Positions 13,552 through 27,329 of a stretch of DNA of 64,000 nucleotides are shown one piece after another; the stretch's first letter is position 1, and every line of letters begins with the position of its first letter. The translations under genes and the position numbers were made by a program. The stretch is from Eledone cirrhosa (lineage: Eukaryota): NCBI GenBank assembly GCA_964016885.1, contig OZ024740.1, positions 232,996,001-233,060,000 of the forward strand. The letters are read 5' to 3'. The notes under the pieces are model-generated. The model was not told the DNA's origin and searched no databases. It worked only from the letters and a program-made list of their open reading frames with translations.

Positions 13552-13768
13552 GGAACGATCGACTTTCGTCAAATCGGACCGAGGAAACAATGTTTCCGTT
13601 GGTCTTTCCAATTGCTAATACTATCTATCGGTCGCAACTCCAGGTAGAAGGAGCAACGTGAAATAAAGTGTCTTGCTCAAGGACATAACGCATCGCCCGG
13701 TTCAGGAATCGAACTCACAATCTCAAGATTGTGAATCCAATTCTCTAACTACTCAGCCACACGCTTTC
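13552..13768 (-). mobile_element. tRNA-derived SINE family 2
   Basis: Minus strand TGGCTGAGTAG A box, GAGTTCGATTCC B box, GTCCTTGAGCAAGACACTTT body; near copy at 41170-41389. Confidence 0.85.
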
Positions 13769-13783
13769 ATTATATATATATAT

Positions 13784-13848
<65 letters not shown>

Positions 13849-13849
13849 C

Positions 13850-14086
13850 ATTCTTTAAATCCTTCAACCAATGACCTCCACCCATTCCAATCCCCACCCT
13901 CTCCTACCACCAGAAAAGAAAAGATGTAAATACCACCACTTACTTGGACAGCCAGCTTCCCGATGATTTCTCACAAATGAAACAGTTCTAGTCCTGTAAA
14001 AGCTCTTCTATATTAAAACTTTTATACTCGGCTATGTATTGAGTACCTTACTTACTGTGGTTACCTCCGATTCAACCCGGAATAAC

Positions 14087-14088
<2 letters not shown>
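13850..14088 (+). mobile_element. PLE-like pLTR remnant (family C)
   Basis: Reverse-complement homolog of 3790-3900; CCGATGA-ttt ctcac aaa-tGAAAC..GTC core at 13960-13993. Confidence 0.55.
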
Positions 14089-14122
<34 letters not shown>

Positions 14123-14153
14123 ATACTTACATGTTTACATTTATAATTTGCTT

Positions 14154-14261
<108 letters not shown>

Positions 14262-14698
14262 GTCTTATGGTAGGTAAGATGCGTCCATAGGTGGTATGCC
14301 GGTTGAGCACTCTATGCTCCTACGGAGCAGAATATGATAAAATGGAAAACGAAGGATCAGTGATTCTTCGTTTTCCATTTTATATATACATATATGGAGT
14401 CGCTGAAATCAATACTGGATTTTACCATCAGTCCAGGGTCCGGGAAAGTATCAACACATATATTTTTATTATTGTTTGACCCGAATTACTTTGTCGTTTT
14501 GTTTTGGCTGTGCGGATGATATGTTTAACCATCATCTCAGTGTGTTTGGCCCTTAACGTATGTTGTAGCTCTGATTCATATGATTCATCGAGCGCTTGCC
14601 ACACATATCGGACGTTGATTTTCGTTAATTCCTGAGCTGAAAACGATTCTCGCTAGTTTATATTTATATATATATATATATATATATTTTTATATATA

Positions 14699-14822
<124 letters not shown>

Positions 14823-14829
14823 CATACAT

Positions 14830-14879
<50 letters not shown>

Positions 14880-16429
14880 AAAATAACAGGAGGCTGGACT
14901 TGTGTAAATCCTTGAAAGGTTTATTATACTATGATTATTTCAATGACCGGGTTCCGTATGAATCCGGTGATATCATCAGGTATTCGAAATATAATAAATG
15001 AATGTAAGAGATAACATCCATGGGGCTGCAAATCATAGACCTGAGGACGACCGACCATCTACCATCTAGCGGTCGCGCTCAAGTGCTGTCCATTCGGCCT
15101 ACTTAAGGCTATCTGGTGAGGGGGTTAAAGCTTATAGAGTGCTACTAACCTCTCGGTCAAAGAAAAGAAAAACAGAAAGGAAGAAGAAGAAAAGTCACCG
15201 TTAATGTCATGCTACAAGAAAAAAGACAGAAAGAAAGAGGAAGAAAAGTCAGCATTAATGCCATCCTACAGTCAGGCCAGGATTTGCCGCGAAAAAAGTT
15301 ATTCTAAAGGACCCTATCTTAACAGAGGTATATATTATAACAGAGGTATATATAGTGGGGTCTACATGGTATAATGTGTGAGCAGAAGATTGGATCGTTA
15401 CATTTTTGTTTAGATTTATAGGATGAAGTTAAAAAAATTAAAGATTAACATTATAAAATAAAAAAATTAGAAAATTGAAAATTAAACAGTTTAAAAAATT
15501 TGTTAAGATTTTGGGTTGCAAGGTTTAGTTAAAGAAATAGTCTTTTATGAAGAAACTTTAATTGTATTATAGAGATCCTCTATAGGTTATCCGAGTAGGA
15601 TGTAGAGTAAAGATTATGTCCTTGTTTAGCAGTCAAACAGCATGCGGCGACTGCAGACTCCGGCCAGCCCAACCTAACCACGTGTCAGCCATTCCGAGTG
15701 AGATTACCTAGCGAAAGATATGGAAATCAATTATTCCAAGCACTCTAGGAATGTATTCCAGGCTTTAGGTGTGCTAGTGGGAAGTCAGCCATCGTCGTTA
15801 GGCCATCGTTATACCAAACGAGTACTATTAATTTACACAGGAGGGGGATTTGTTTAAGTAGAGGGAGGCATGATACAGCTAATAGTTACGATTAGGCCTA
15901 GAATTTAAAGGTACTATATGGTGGTCAAAAAACGGCTGCGCGGCGGGCCCCGGGGCGAATCCTCCCGCTCCGAGTAATTTCATTTACCGAAAGAAGGGGA
16001 AATTTATTTTTCCAAGCACTCAAGGTTGGCCCATGCACCAGGAGGCCGGTCTCGCAGCCAGGAAAAGCAACACAACAGTCGGATCATCGCGTGTAATCAA
16101 TTGTAAAACTCGATGAAAAGCGCAAATAGACTATATCTAGGTCCCCGGATAGTCCGGGTAATAGGTGTTGTTGTTCTCAGGGGGAGATATTCTAGTGTCG
16201 TGTGCTAATGGGTACAAGCGAGTAAAGTATAGGGTAGAGAATTTAGTCAATACACTACAGTACAATAAAGGTTATGGTATAATCCGTAGAATTTTGTCGA
16301 AGTCTGAATATTCCGAGAGGGCATTGGACCAGGTGGGCGGCAGACAAAGCGCAGAGTAGCCAAAATCCGAATGGTGATTAGATCGAGTCAGTCCCATACC
16401 GCTGTTCATTATTACATCTGGAAGTGCTC

Positions 16430-16430
<1 letters not shown>
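14880..16430 (-). mobile_element. Degenerate Penelope-like element remnant
   Basis: TA-flanked; degenerate hammerhead core at 14945-14979 (CTGATGA..GGAAC.GTC); faint TKPCNPK linker-like peptide. Confidence 0.3.
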
Positions 16431-16480
<50 letters not shown>

Positions 16481-17589
16481 AACATACATACATACCTACA
16501 TATATATATATATGTATAGACAAATAGGAAGATAGATATACATATATGTGTGTGTGTGTGCGCGTGCGAATATGTGTATACGTACACAAACTTCATCCAA
16601 CCCTGTCGGCCTTTTCATCTTGAAATGAAAGTCTTTATATTTACGCTTTATTTACCACTTTCATAGGCTTTTCATAAACGTACTGGTGGGCAGGCTTTCT
16701 CTCTTCAGTCGTACATTCCGCTTCAAGTGGTACTTGAAGAAATTGATGAGTATTTCTACCGGGAGGAATCACTCTGGTTTTAGCCCTTCTAGTCATGTCC
16801 ACATTTTTACCAGAGCCACCAGGAAGAGGAAAACAGCATGCGTTATTTTGCCAAAAGAATGAATACTGATACACTGATCTGTCTTTCAAAACACAATAAC
16901 AGCTGTTCAACGTAATTTCGAAAGTCAGTAAATGTTAATGGATGGGAGAAGATTTCATCTTACTCACATCATATTAAACACCTACTCCGCTCAACAGTTC
17001 TGTCATTTCCGAACAGACAACACTCCTCAGTAAAATGGTAACAATTAATAATCTTTAAACTGAAGTGTATCCGTAAAAGGTTATTGACCAATCTATTATT
17101 TGAGGAAAAATATGAATCCTGTGTGTATAATAGACGATTAACTTCTTCGATTTCATTTCATAAATAAAGCATTAAAAAACGTACGCTATAAGAGAATATA
17201 GGGAATCTTAGGGACCGCACCATGGAATGAGCCAATGGCATGCATGTGGATAACATTTTATAGTGGAAATAACTCCCAGAAGAGCTGGACAGCAGAAAAT
17301 CATCAGAGAAACCCTCCCCCCTTGCAAGTATTTCGGCCCTTAGACTCTGGGAGCCGAAACTACATGTATAAAATATAATTCTCAAATAATTGAGATTACC
17401 CTGTTAAAACAAAAAATCTAGTAGTAATTTAGAGTAAATCTCTATAAACAGAAATAATTTCAATAAATTTAGCGTCAATTTCGTAAAATTAATTTAAATG
17501 CTCAGCAGAAATTCTGATCTTTATTTGATACTAGCTTAAAATAACCAGAGTGAGAATTATATATGCTTATTATATAGAAACATATTTGA

Positions 17590-17754
17590 GGGCGGTGGAT
17601 TGGCAGTATCGGTAGAGGGTCGGACGCTTTATAATCTGAGTTCAAATCCCGCCGAGGTTAACTTTGCCTTTCATCCTTACGGGGGTCGATAAAATAAAGT
17701 ACCAGTAATGCACTGGGTAATTGCTGGCCTTGTGCAAACAGTAGAAACAATTAT
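17590..17754 (+). mobile_element. SINE family 1 with internal deletion
   Basis: Consensus match; TTATATA.AAACATATT-like TSD. Confidence 0.85.
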
Positions 17755-18224
17755 ATACAAACATATTGTATAAGCCTTCATATATGCCTCTACTCTGAGT
17801 CATCCTGTGTTAGTGCAACTACTAAATATACTAACTTGTGAAAGCAACACTCCCTGCAAATGAGCATAAAAACATTATTACAAAAATTCTATATGCCATC
17901 AGCATATGGTGTCTTTAGTAACGAGTGAGTACACATTACCGTAGAGGGATAACAATCCTGAACCGCTTCTATGCCACGCAGTTTCGGAGTTAGCTCAGCT
18001 TAAAATACTCTCGACGTGATTTCTGTATATGTATATTATAGATAAATATATAGATACGTATATGCTTTCATACAAATCTCTTCTGAATCACCTTGGAATC
18101 ATACCATATGATTCCAGTTCCTCAGAGGAATAACAACACAACCAGGAGATGGACATATCGATGTATTGACGGAGTAAAACACACTCCAACAACATGTGTA
18201 CCTGTCTTTTCCACACCAATTCGG

Positions 18225-18279
18225 ACTGCCTGAAGAGGTCACAGCCAATGATGGCTGTCACCGAAATATACATAGCAGT
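18225..18279 (+). ncRNA. Type I hammerhead ribozyme (family D)
   Basis: actgc-CTGAAGA-ggtcACAGCCA atga TGGCTGTcacc-GAAA-tataca-TA-gcagt; predicted cleavage after 18274. Confidence 0.8.
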
Positions 18280-18317
18280 ATATCTATAATTTTACATATT
18301 TGAGTTAATTATTTTAC

Positions 18318-18348
<31 letters not shown>

Positions 18349-18407
18349 TATCATATAACATATATATAGAGAGATGCACACATACACACATATATATATA
18401 TATGTTT

Positions 18408-18471
<64 letters not shown>

Positions 18472-18803
18472 TTGTTTGTTTGTTCGCGTGTGTCTCTGTA
18501 TCCAGAGCTGTTGTGGAATGAGCAAAATCTAGGAGAAAATAAGAATGCTTAGCTGTAGACTGTCTTATATACCATATAGATTAATATGAATAAATACGAT
18601 AGAGATAGATAAAGGGGTGAGAAGACAACGGGGGGGGTGTAGAATGAAGAGATTTACTTGTTGTATAGTCTTCTTTTAACTATGCTTTCTTCTTCTTTTT
18701 CTTCTTCTTCTTCTTCTTCTTCTTCTTCATTATTATTATTGTTACTTTTGTCATTGTTTTTGTTATTTCTGATGTTGTTTTCACAATCATGTTTATCACA
18801 ATA

Positions 18804-18993
18804 ATAATTGTTTCTATTTCGGCACAAGGCCAGCAATTAGCCAGTACATAACTGGTACTTTATTTTATCGACCCCGTAAGGATGAAAGGCAAAGTTAACA
18901 TCGGCGGGATTTGAACTCAGAATGCCAAGGGCCGTAACTCTATAAGTCAAAGCATGGTGTCCGATCCTCTACCGATACTGCCAATCCACCGCC
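18804..18993 (-). mobile_element. SINE family 1
   Basis: Full consensus. Confidence 0.9.
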
Positions 18994-19248
18994 GTTCCTT
19001 ATATAGGACCAAGGCTTACAATTTTGGTTGAAGAGAAGGTCGATTAATTCCACCCCAGTGCATTACCTGTTCTTTATTTCATCCTTACAGGGTCGTTAAA
19101 ATATAGCCCCAGCAACGCACCTATGTCGATAAAGTCGACTTTACCCTCTTTACAATTGTTGGCCTTGTGCTTAAATCAGAGACCATTGGTTTTTATTGTG
19201 ATAAACATCACTGTGAAAACAATAATAACAACAACAATATTATTGATA

Positions 19249-19637
19249 ATAATTGTTTCTACTTTAGGCACAAGGCCAGCAATTACACAGTACATTACTG
19301 GTACTTTATTTTATCGACCCCGTAAGGTTGAAAGGCAAAGTTAACCTCGGCGGGATTTGAACTCAGATCATAAAGGGACGTAACTCTATGCTTCAAAGCA
19401 TGGCGTCCGACTCTCTACCGATAGTGCCAATCCACCGCCCTTATTGATAATAATTGTTTCTACGTTAGGCACAAGGCCAGCAATTACCAAGTGTATTACT
19501 GGTACTTTATTTTATCGACCCCGTAAGGATGAAAGGCAAAGTTAACCTCGGCGGGATTTCAACTCAGAATGGCAAGGGCTGTAACTCTATGCGTCAAAGC
19601 ATGGCGTCCGACCCTCTACCAATACTGCCAATCCACT
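19249..19637 (-). mobile_element. Two tandem SINE family 1 copies
   Basis: Copies at 19249-19440 and 19449-19637, each bounded by TTATTGATAATAAT. Confidence 0.9.
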
Positions 19638-20790
19638 TATTGATAATAATGAAGAAGATAAGAAGGGAAGAAAAGGAGGAAGGGAAGAAAAGGAGGAGGG
19701 GGAGAAGAAGAAGAAGAAGAAGAAGAAGAAGAAGAAGAAGAAGAAGAAGAAGAAGAAGAAGAAGAAGAAGAAAGAGGAAAAAAAGAAGAGGTTGATGATG
19801 ACGATGATGATGATGATGAAGAAGAACTTCAATTACGTTAAACATGATCGTTGTCAATATCAAGTGTATATAAACCGTGGGTGGTGTAAGTTCAAGAGAT
19901 TTATTGTGTTAGTGTATTCCTACCCCTCCTAGTGTTCCTCATCCTGAAAATCATCATATATATCATTGTCATCATCATCATCATCGCTATACATAACAAC
20001 TACACCCCTATTCTACTCCTTCATCGTCGCCTCTCATTTCACCTCATCATCCTCATTATCATCAAAATCATCGGTCGTCGTCGTCGTCTGCTTTGTCCTC
20101 GTCCTCAACTTCATTGCGTCTTCTGCGGCAGCCGACTTGAAAACCAAACCAATGGAGACAAGATCATAATTTGGAGATGCTAAGACGGTTTAACAATTAG
20201 CAAACAGATGTGTATATGTAGTTTTGTACCAATTTTTGTTTTTATATGTTCACTTGTATGTTTACTTGTATGTGCCTATATGTGTGTGTGTGTGTGTGTG
20301 CTCGTGTAGGAATGAACGAAGGATGGGGGGGGGGGGGGGGGTGAGTGAGAGAAAGAGCGAAATGGCGAGAAAGAGAATGAGAACCAACTGCTGTGAGGTG
20401 GATATTCTTTCAATTAATTCGTGTCTTATTACTGGCCAATTTAAGGCAGGTGTAACACTTCACTTCTCTTCACTATGCACTCATCTTCCTTAGATGACCA
20501 ATCAAATACGCTCTCCAGGGATGCTGAATCGTGCCGCAGGCATACTTCTCGTACTTAGTAATCTAAAATGACTTTCATTATAACGATAGGTTTTCAACAA
20601 AAAGATTTTACAAGCAAACAGACACATAAAATAGCAAGATATCATTGACGTATGAAAGCTAGGCGCAAGTTAGAATGTGTTGAAAATGTTTCTCTTACAA
20701 TCTCGTGGTTCCGGATATACATGGTACATTAGACAGAGTCTTGTGCTACACCTTTGGGTTAACACCAATGCCTTATGAGTAAACTCACAC

Positions 20791-20845
<55 letters not shown>

Positions 20846-20859
20846 TAGAGAGAGAGAGA

Positions 20860-21092
20860 AATATTAAAACAATGAAATTAAACAAAAAACGGTTAATTCA
20901 TAGTAAAACTCATTATTTTACGATCGTAGTGAAGACGTATGTATATTTTCTTACTATGATATTTTGTAATATATTTTACATAGATCAATAATTGAATGGA
21001 CATACGGGGTGCTACCCCCAGAAACGATCATAAAATAATGAGTTTTACTATGAATTAACCGTTTTTTGTTTAATTTCATTGTTTTAATATTT
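20860..21092. mobile_element. Fold-back element with degenerate hammerhead
   Basis: Arms ~20860-20927 and 21023-21092; GAAACGATC(G/A)TA palindromic stem III. Confidence 0.55.
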
Positions 21093-21218
21093 CTATTTTT
21101 GACTCTGTATCCAATGAATTATATCGTTGAAAATTTTGTATTTTAAACTTTGCTTCACGACATCTTCTACATACGGATTACATTGAGTTCTTCATACGGA
21201 TTAGACCCTACCATTTTA

Positions 21219-21272
<54 letters not shown>

Positions 21273-22046
21273 TAAATATATATATATACAAGTGGAAGGT
21301 TAGTAAAATCGAATTTATGGTGGTGGCCAAGAGAACGAGTTACAATTAGGTTTGCACAAAGCACTCAATAAGAATGTGTCGATGAATCGATAGGCTACCC
21401 CTTAGAGTAATTAACATACGTTAGAAGTGTGACAAATTGAAAACTGCGGCTAGGGGGCATAGCCACATAATTCACCAAAACAACGAAAATACAATCAGAT
21501 ATATCACAAAAAGGGAGCCCACAAGACAATAACATTAGAAAAATAATTCCTCATAGTTTCCCTTCATTAAAGTGCCTGCTAATCATTCCAGTGCATATGA
21601 GACACTAACAGAACAAAACAGGGTAACATAGGGTGAAGTTTGTCTTTCGACAAATTACACAAATATAGAAAAAAGTGCGACGAACCGGTGTGCATCAACT
21701 GAAAATGAAGTGATAAAAATACGGTGCGCAATGACACGAGACAAGGAGAAAAACATACATATAGGTTAACGGTTCGACTAAAACCGACCGATAAAATATG
21801 TATGGGAATGAAAAAGTACGTACTGTAGTTAATGTGATTGTCCCAAACCTCTTTAAGTTATTGCCCTGCGACTAATGCCTTTAAAGCAATATATATATAT
21901 GGTCGAAACGGTCGGAGCTCAGCCGTTGGGGTCCTTACTATTTTCCTGTTACCCACTGTACTGCCCTAAGTATTGAGTACTCTGGTGTGTTATGGTTCGT
22001 CTGGTATCTTACCACACTCTCTTTGTTATATATGTATATATGTATG

Positions 22047-22080
<34 letters not shown>

Positions 22081-23600
22081 TGTATGTATGTATGTATGTA
22101 CGTATGTATGTATGTATGTATGTATGTATGTATGTATGTATGTATGTATGTGTATGTGTGAGTGTGTAGAATACTCAGTAGCCTCTAGCATTTCTTACTC
22201 TCCATCTTCTTGCCTTCACCTCTCACTCCTTCTCTACTTGTATATCTATATTACTTATCTATTTTATGTGTGTAATATATGTCAGTGTATAACTAAATTT
22301 ATAATATAGTTTAATAAGTCTATCTGAGTGCATACTAACTATCATCAGTCCATGTAAAAGAAAACCTTATACTGTAAATATAGAAAGATCCACTCGAGTG
22401 TATGTACGAGACCCCAAAATTAAAGAGCTGATGTAATTCCTAAAATGATAAAGCTGAATATTTTTAATACCGAATATATTCTAAAAAGTAAAATAAATTT
22501 GTAAATTATCTCAACTCACCCCCTAAGCTGGTTATGAAGTATACATAACAGATCGATTTCGTTTAGCTTCATACTACAATCATTCATCAATCAGAAATAG
22601 TTAACAGGTTAGCAGATCAATAGTTCCACCTATCACCTCGTTTCCCTTACCGTTAGATTTTTAATCTAGACTTGATTATTGGCAATAAATGTGTGTATAT
22701 ATATTTGTGTGGGTGTACATATGTGTGTATGTATGCGTGTATGTACGTGTGTGTATGTGTGTATGTATGTGTGTATATATATGTATGTACGTGTGTGTAT
22801 GTGTGTATGTATGTGCATGTGTGTATGTGCATGCATGTGTGTGTGTGTACTCGTATACCTGCCTATTCCATGTTGAATTTATTTCATACAAGCTCTTCAT
22901 AACAGATTAGACATTCTTTAAACACTATAGAAGATTCATAACCTTTACCTATAAACATAACCATACAATGTCGATCAAACATTAACATAACTCAAACATG
23001 TTAAATGTGCAAAATTTAATGTCTTTAAAATGAATAATATCCGCATAAAAAGAAATATACTTTGACTTTTTTTTATATATCTATTCATTTTATTTAACAT
23101 ATAAGTTTCAATGTCCAGCACCGAATCATCTCTTTAGTAACGGTTGTCGACATTGTTGATTTATAGAAAAAGATTTTACATTTATATAAAATAAAAATTA
23201 CAAATGTGAGTTAGCTAGCATGTAAGCTCGTTCATTTCGTTCTTCAACATTGAAAATACTTATTAACATCTATTATGAGATTTATTTTATTAATCATAAT
23301 AAATCGTCTTTGAAGTAGCTATTTTTCTTTAAAATAAAATTATGAAGCTATTCAGTAAAGCAAAGATTTATTCAGTTGCATCAGCTAGTTATCTAGAAAT
23401 CCAATCGTAAAAGTATCCCAGTCTTTCAGATAAGATGTTTAACGTTTGCATTTCAATTGAAAGCGCACGAGCAGAGGTTGTTTAAATGTGGAAATATGAA
23501 ATAAATATATCAACAATTCCAAGGAACCTTATCATAACTAGAAGTAATAATTAAACTTTACTACATGCATTAAATAATTTTCTCTCTCGTACCTCCATAT

Positions 23601-23670
<70 letters not shown>

Positions 23671-23899
23671 ATAATAATAAATTTGAAGGCTAAAATCCAA
23701 AGAGGTCTCGATAAGGATAAATATATATCAAATATATAAGAACCGTAGAGCAAATATTTATTAAAATAACAGATTAAAGTTTAAGCAAAGAATCGCTGCT
23801 TTCACCCTTAACGGATATATGTATATGTATATGTATATGTATATATATATATGTATATATATATGTATATATATGTATATGAAAAAAAAAAAATATATA

Positions 23900-23971
23900 T
23901 ACTCGATAGTATAGTGGTAAGTATCCCCTCCTGTCACACGGGAGACCGGGGTTCGATTCCCCACCGGGGAG
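23900..23971 (+). pseudogene. tRNA-Asp(GTC) pseudogene
   Basis: Matches the eukaryotic tRNA-Asp pattern TCCTCGATAGTATAGTGG...CTGTCAC...GGTTCGATTCCCC; anticodon at 23933-23935; two mismatches in the anticodon stem plus acceptor-stem changes. Confidence 0.85.
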
Positions 23972-24004
23972 GTACATATCATATATATATATATATATAT
24001 ATAC

Positions 24005-24348
24005 AGTATTTACGTATCGAGAAAGAGAAAAAAAGGGGAGGATAGGTGATACATATAGTTATTTGCCAAGTAGCGTATGCCAAAGGTGCTCGATACTAGT
24101 GCCGGCAGTATTAAATATTCGAAGTGTTAATATTTAGTGGGCTAGAGAGTTAGCAGAGCGTAAGCACGTGGGAAAGTAAAAAATCGGAGAATAGACCGTT
24201 AAAACATGTTTATTTAAAACAGCACCTATAAGGAACACTTGTGATTATTTATGCCCTTGAGAAGCCCAACTGGGCGAAACGTACGTAGGTGCTGTTTTAA
24301 ATAAACATGTTTTAACGGTCTATTCTCCGATTTTTTACTTTCCCACGT
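24005..24348 (+). mobile_element. TA-embedded fold-back element with hammerhead in the loop (family E)
   Basis: Perfect 63-bp arms at 24166-24228 and 24286-24348; deleted copy at 27374-27561. Confidence 0.75.
24252..24291 (+). ncRNA. Minimal hammerhead with CUUGAGAA variant core
   Basis: tgcc-CTTGAGAA-GCCC aact GGGC-GAAAC-GTAC-GTA-ggtg. Confidence 0.55.
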
Positions 24349-24900
24349 ATATATATATATATTTCTACAGACTAAGGAGAAACAATTTGTATAAATTTTG
24401 ACTGACTATTCTTCAAACTGATAATTTTATATAGCTCTGATTGATAATTATTTACTTAATTCATTCACTCATAGAGCGACACTGTTGAAGGTAGCCAACA
24501 CTCATATATGTATCTGTGACTATGTTTATATACATATATGTCCTTATGAATTTATTCTATACTCCCTTACGGTTGAGTAAACCTTAGGCGGTAACTAACT
24601 ACTTTTTCTAGCAATGAACCTACTTGCCATCCGGCCTACCTTTCACAACACTTCTATCTTGACCGCTAGCCACGTGATGTTTCTCATCCCTTTTGAATTC
24701 GTTACTAACGGCGATCACTTTAGAAACTTTGGTCCTAACTGAGGGAGTCTCTTGAAAAGCTCGGAGCCTCATGGACAATGCAACGATTAGAAATATCCAC
24801 AAAGTACAAGTGAAATTATTGATAGTCGGGACTGGGTGAATTTTTGTTAAGGTCTATCTATATTTTTTTCTTCAAACTTACATTTTAGACTTTAATCGAT

Positions 24901-25202
24901 TATTTTTCTAGTTAATTTCTACGGACTATTTTTCTAGTTAATTTCTATGAAGTATTTTTCTAGTTAATTTCTACGGACTATTTTTCTAGTTAATTTCTAT
25001 GAAGTATTTTTCTAGTTAATTTCTACGGACTATTTTTCTAGTTAATTTCTATGGACTATTTTTCTAGTTAATTTCTACGGACTATTTTTCTAGTTAATTT
25101 CTATGGACTATTTTTCTAGTTAATTTCTATGGACTATTTTTGTAGTTAATTTCTACGGACTATTTTTCTAGTTAATTTCTACGGACTAGTTAATTTCTAC
25201 GG
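24901..25202 (+). repeat. 26-bp minisatellite, about 11-12 copies
   Basis: Unit TATTTTTCTAGTTAATTTCTA(C/T)GGAC. Confidence 0.95.
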
Positions 25203-25381
25203 AAAGACTAGGCATATTTTGTCTGACTGTTCCTCACAGAGGAAAATCGACAACATTTATCTATTATTTCTTCAAAGTTACATTTTAAACTTAGCTCTGT
25301 TTAATTGATTATTTATCAGGTTGATTTCTACGGACTAAGGAGAAAAAAATTGGATATGACTATTCTTCAAACTTATAATTT

Positions 25382-25422
<41 letters not shown>

Positions 25423-25440
<18 letters not shown>

Positions 25441-25932
25441 AAGAATGTCTGTCTGTCTGTCTGACTCCCTAAAACTCGAGAACAACCCAACCTATTGTTT
25501 TCAAACTTTACACATGTAATAGTTATGTCGTGTGAGTGTTTTGAGCAACAGATATTTCAAATTTTCAATGACCTAGGGACCGCATTAGACGATTTAACGA
25601 TCATTCTCTATAATTCTTAGTCTTTCTCTTTTTAGATAGATACATAGCTATAACGTTGCGCCCTTATAATATCTGTCTGTATGTCATAAGGGCGCAACGT
25701 TATAGCTATGTATCTATCTAAAAAGAGAAAGACTAAGAATTAAAGAGAATGATCGTTAAATCGTCTAATGCGGTCCCTAGGTCATTGAAAATTTGAAATA
25801 TCTTTTGCTCAAAACACTCACACGACATAACTATTACATGTGTAAAGTTTGAAAACAATAGGTTGGGTTGTTCTCGAGTTTTAGGGAGTCAGACAGACAG
25901 ACAGACAGACATTCTTTGTTTTATATATATAT
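25423..25932. mobile_element. Inverted duplication of a Helitron 5' end
   Basis: ~245-bp near-perfect arms with an 18-nt spacer at 25668-25685; homologous to 52440-52693. Confidence 0.8.
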
Positions 25933-26114
25933 AAGTAAACATTTCGAAAAACGTTACACACTATATATATACACACACTATATATACATATATACACGCA
26001 CACACCGCGTCATAATGTCTGCATTACGACATTATGACGCGGTGTGTGCGTGTATATATGTATATATAGTGTGTGTATATATATAGTGTGTAACGTTTTT
26101 CGAAATGTTTACTT
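25933..26114. repeat. Perfect 87-bp inverted repeat with 8-nt loop
   Basis: Arms 25933-26019 and 26028-26114. Confidence 0.9.
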
Positions 26115-26197
26115 CTGCCATCACTGATTGATTTATTTAGTTTCAGAAGATTCCGTTATGGTTGAAAGCAGCGATTCTTTGCTTGAACTTTAATCTG

Positions 26198-26332
<135 letters not shown>

Positions 26333-26334
26333 TA

Positions 26335-26574
26335 TTTCTTTATTAGCCACAGGGGCACAAAAGAAGGGGACAAATACAAAGGGGGAAGTTTACATACAAT
26401 AAAAACGTGTAAAATGTTATCACAGATGGAATTTAAAAGTTAGTCGATTTTCCCCAATAGAGGGAGACAGTTTATATGGGTAACACATACCCCCGAAAAA
26501 ATGTGCAACCCTCATCTCCAGGAGTACGAAGAGCTTGTACTCCTTTCCTCTCCTCCTCCTTTTCCTCAATCTAC

Positions 26575-26576
<2 letters not shown>
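26335..26576 (-). mobile_element. 5'-truncated Tx1-clade LINE (3'UTR only) inside (GATA)n
   Basis: Collinear similarity to 62175-62634 (TGTAG.TTGAGGAA, CCTGG..TGAGGGTTG, GCCCCTGTGGC.AATAA); (GATA)n on both sides. Confidence 0.75.
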
Positions 26577-26619
<43 letters not shown>

Positions 26620-26664
26620 TAGATAGATATTTAAAAAATAGAGGTGTGGCACACGAGTTGTGAT

Positions 26665-26968
26665 ATATTAGTAAAAAGGAAAAGAAGATGCTGACAATGT
26701 TTTCCCAGTGAAATATAGTTTAATTAGGTATACGTATAAATTAGTAATAAGTATTAGTAAGTAATCAGTTTTAGTTTTAAAGTTTTTACCGTTGCGCATT
26801 TCATATGCTTTTCAAAAATAATTTTGATATAGAGTGCCCGTGATAAAAACTTTAAAACTAAAATTGATTACTAACCAATACTTATTACTAACTTATACTT
26901 CTTCCTAATTAAACTATTTTTCACTGGGAAAAAATTGTCAACATTTTTTTTTCCTTTTTACTAATATA
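26665..26968. repeat. Diverged ~125-bp inverted repeat (PLE-like fold-back)
   Basis: TATTAGTAAAAGGAAAA...AAAGTTTTTA inverted against TAAAAACTTT...TTTTCCTTTTTACTAATA. Confidence 0.7.
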
Positions 26969-26974
26969 TATATA

Positions 26975-27329
26975 TAATTATATATTCGTGTACAGATATT
27001 TTTACATACACAATAACAAAATATAAACAAAAGTATTTATTTCGCGATAAAGTATTAATTTTCTTCGCACGGAAAAAACCTGGTAATCTAGGACGAATTT
27101 TTTTTATAAGGCAAAATGTAGACACCATCCCGAGGCTGAGGTATTCCGTACTTCTCTGTACTGTTATATATATATATATAATTATATATTCGTAAACAGA
27201 TATCTTTGCATAGACAATAACAAAATATAAACAAACGTATTTATTTCACGAGGCTCGATAAGAATAAATATATATCAAATATATAGAAACCCTAGAGCAA
27301 ATCCCGAGCAACGCCGAGCCATCCTGCTA

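Noticed and set aside
20430-20505. Two CCAAT boxes suggesting a promoter
   Set aside because: Short motifs with no identifiable downstream gene.
23900-23971. Functional tRNA-Asp gene
   Set aside because: The anticodon stem is broken by two mismatches, the acceptor stem is altered and there is no terminator.
24901-25202. Regular short repeat array resembling CRISPR
   Set aside because: Units are head-to-tail with no unique spacers, there are no cas genes, and the context is eukaryotic.
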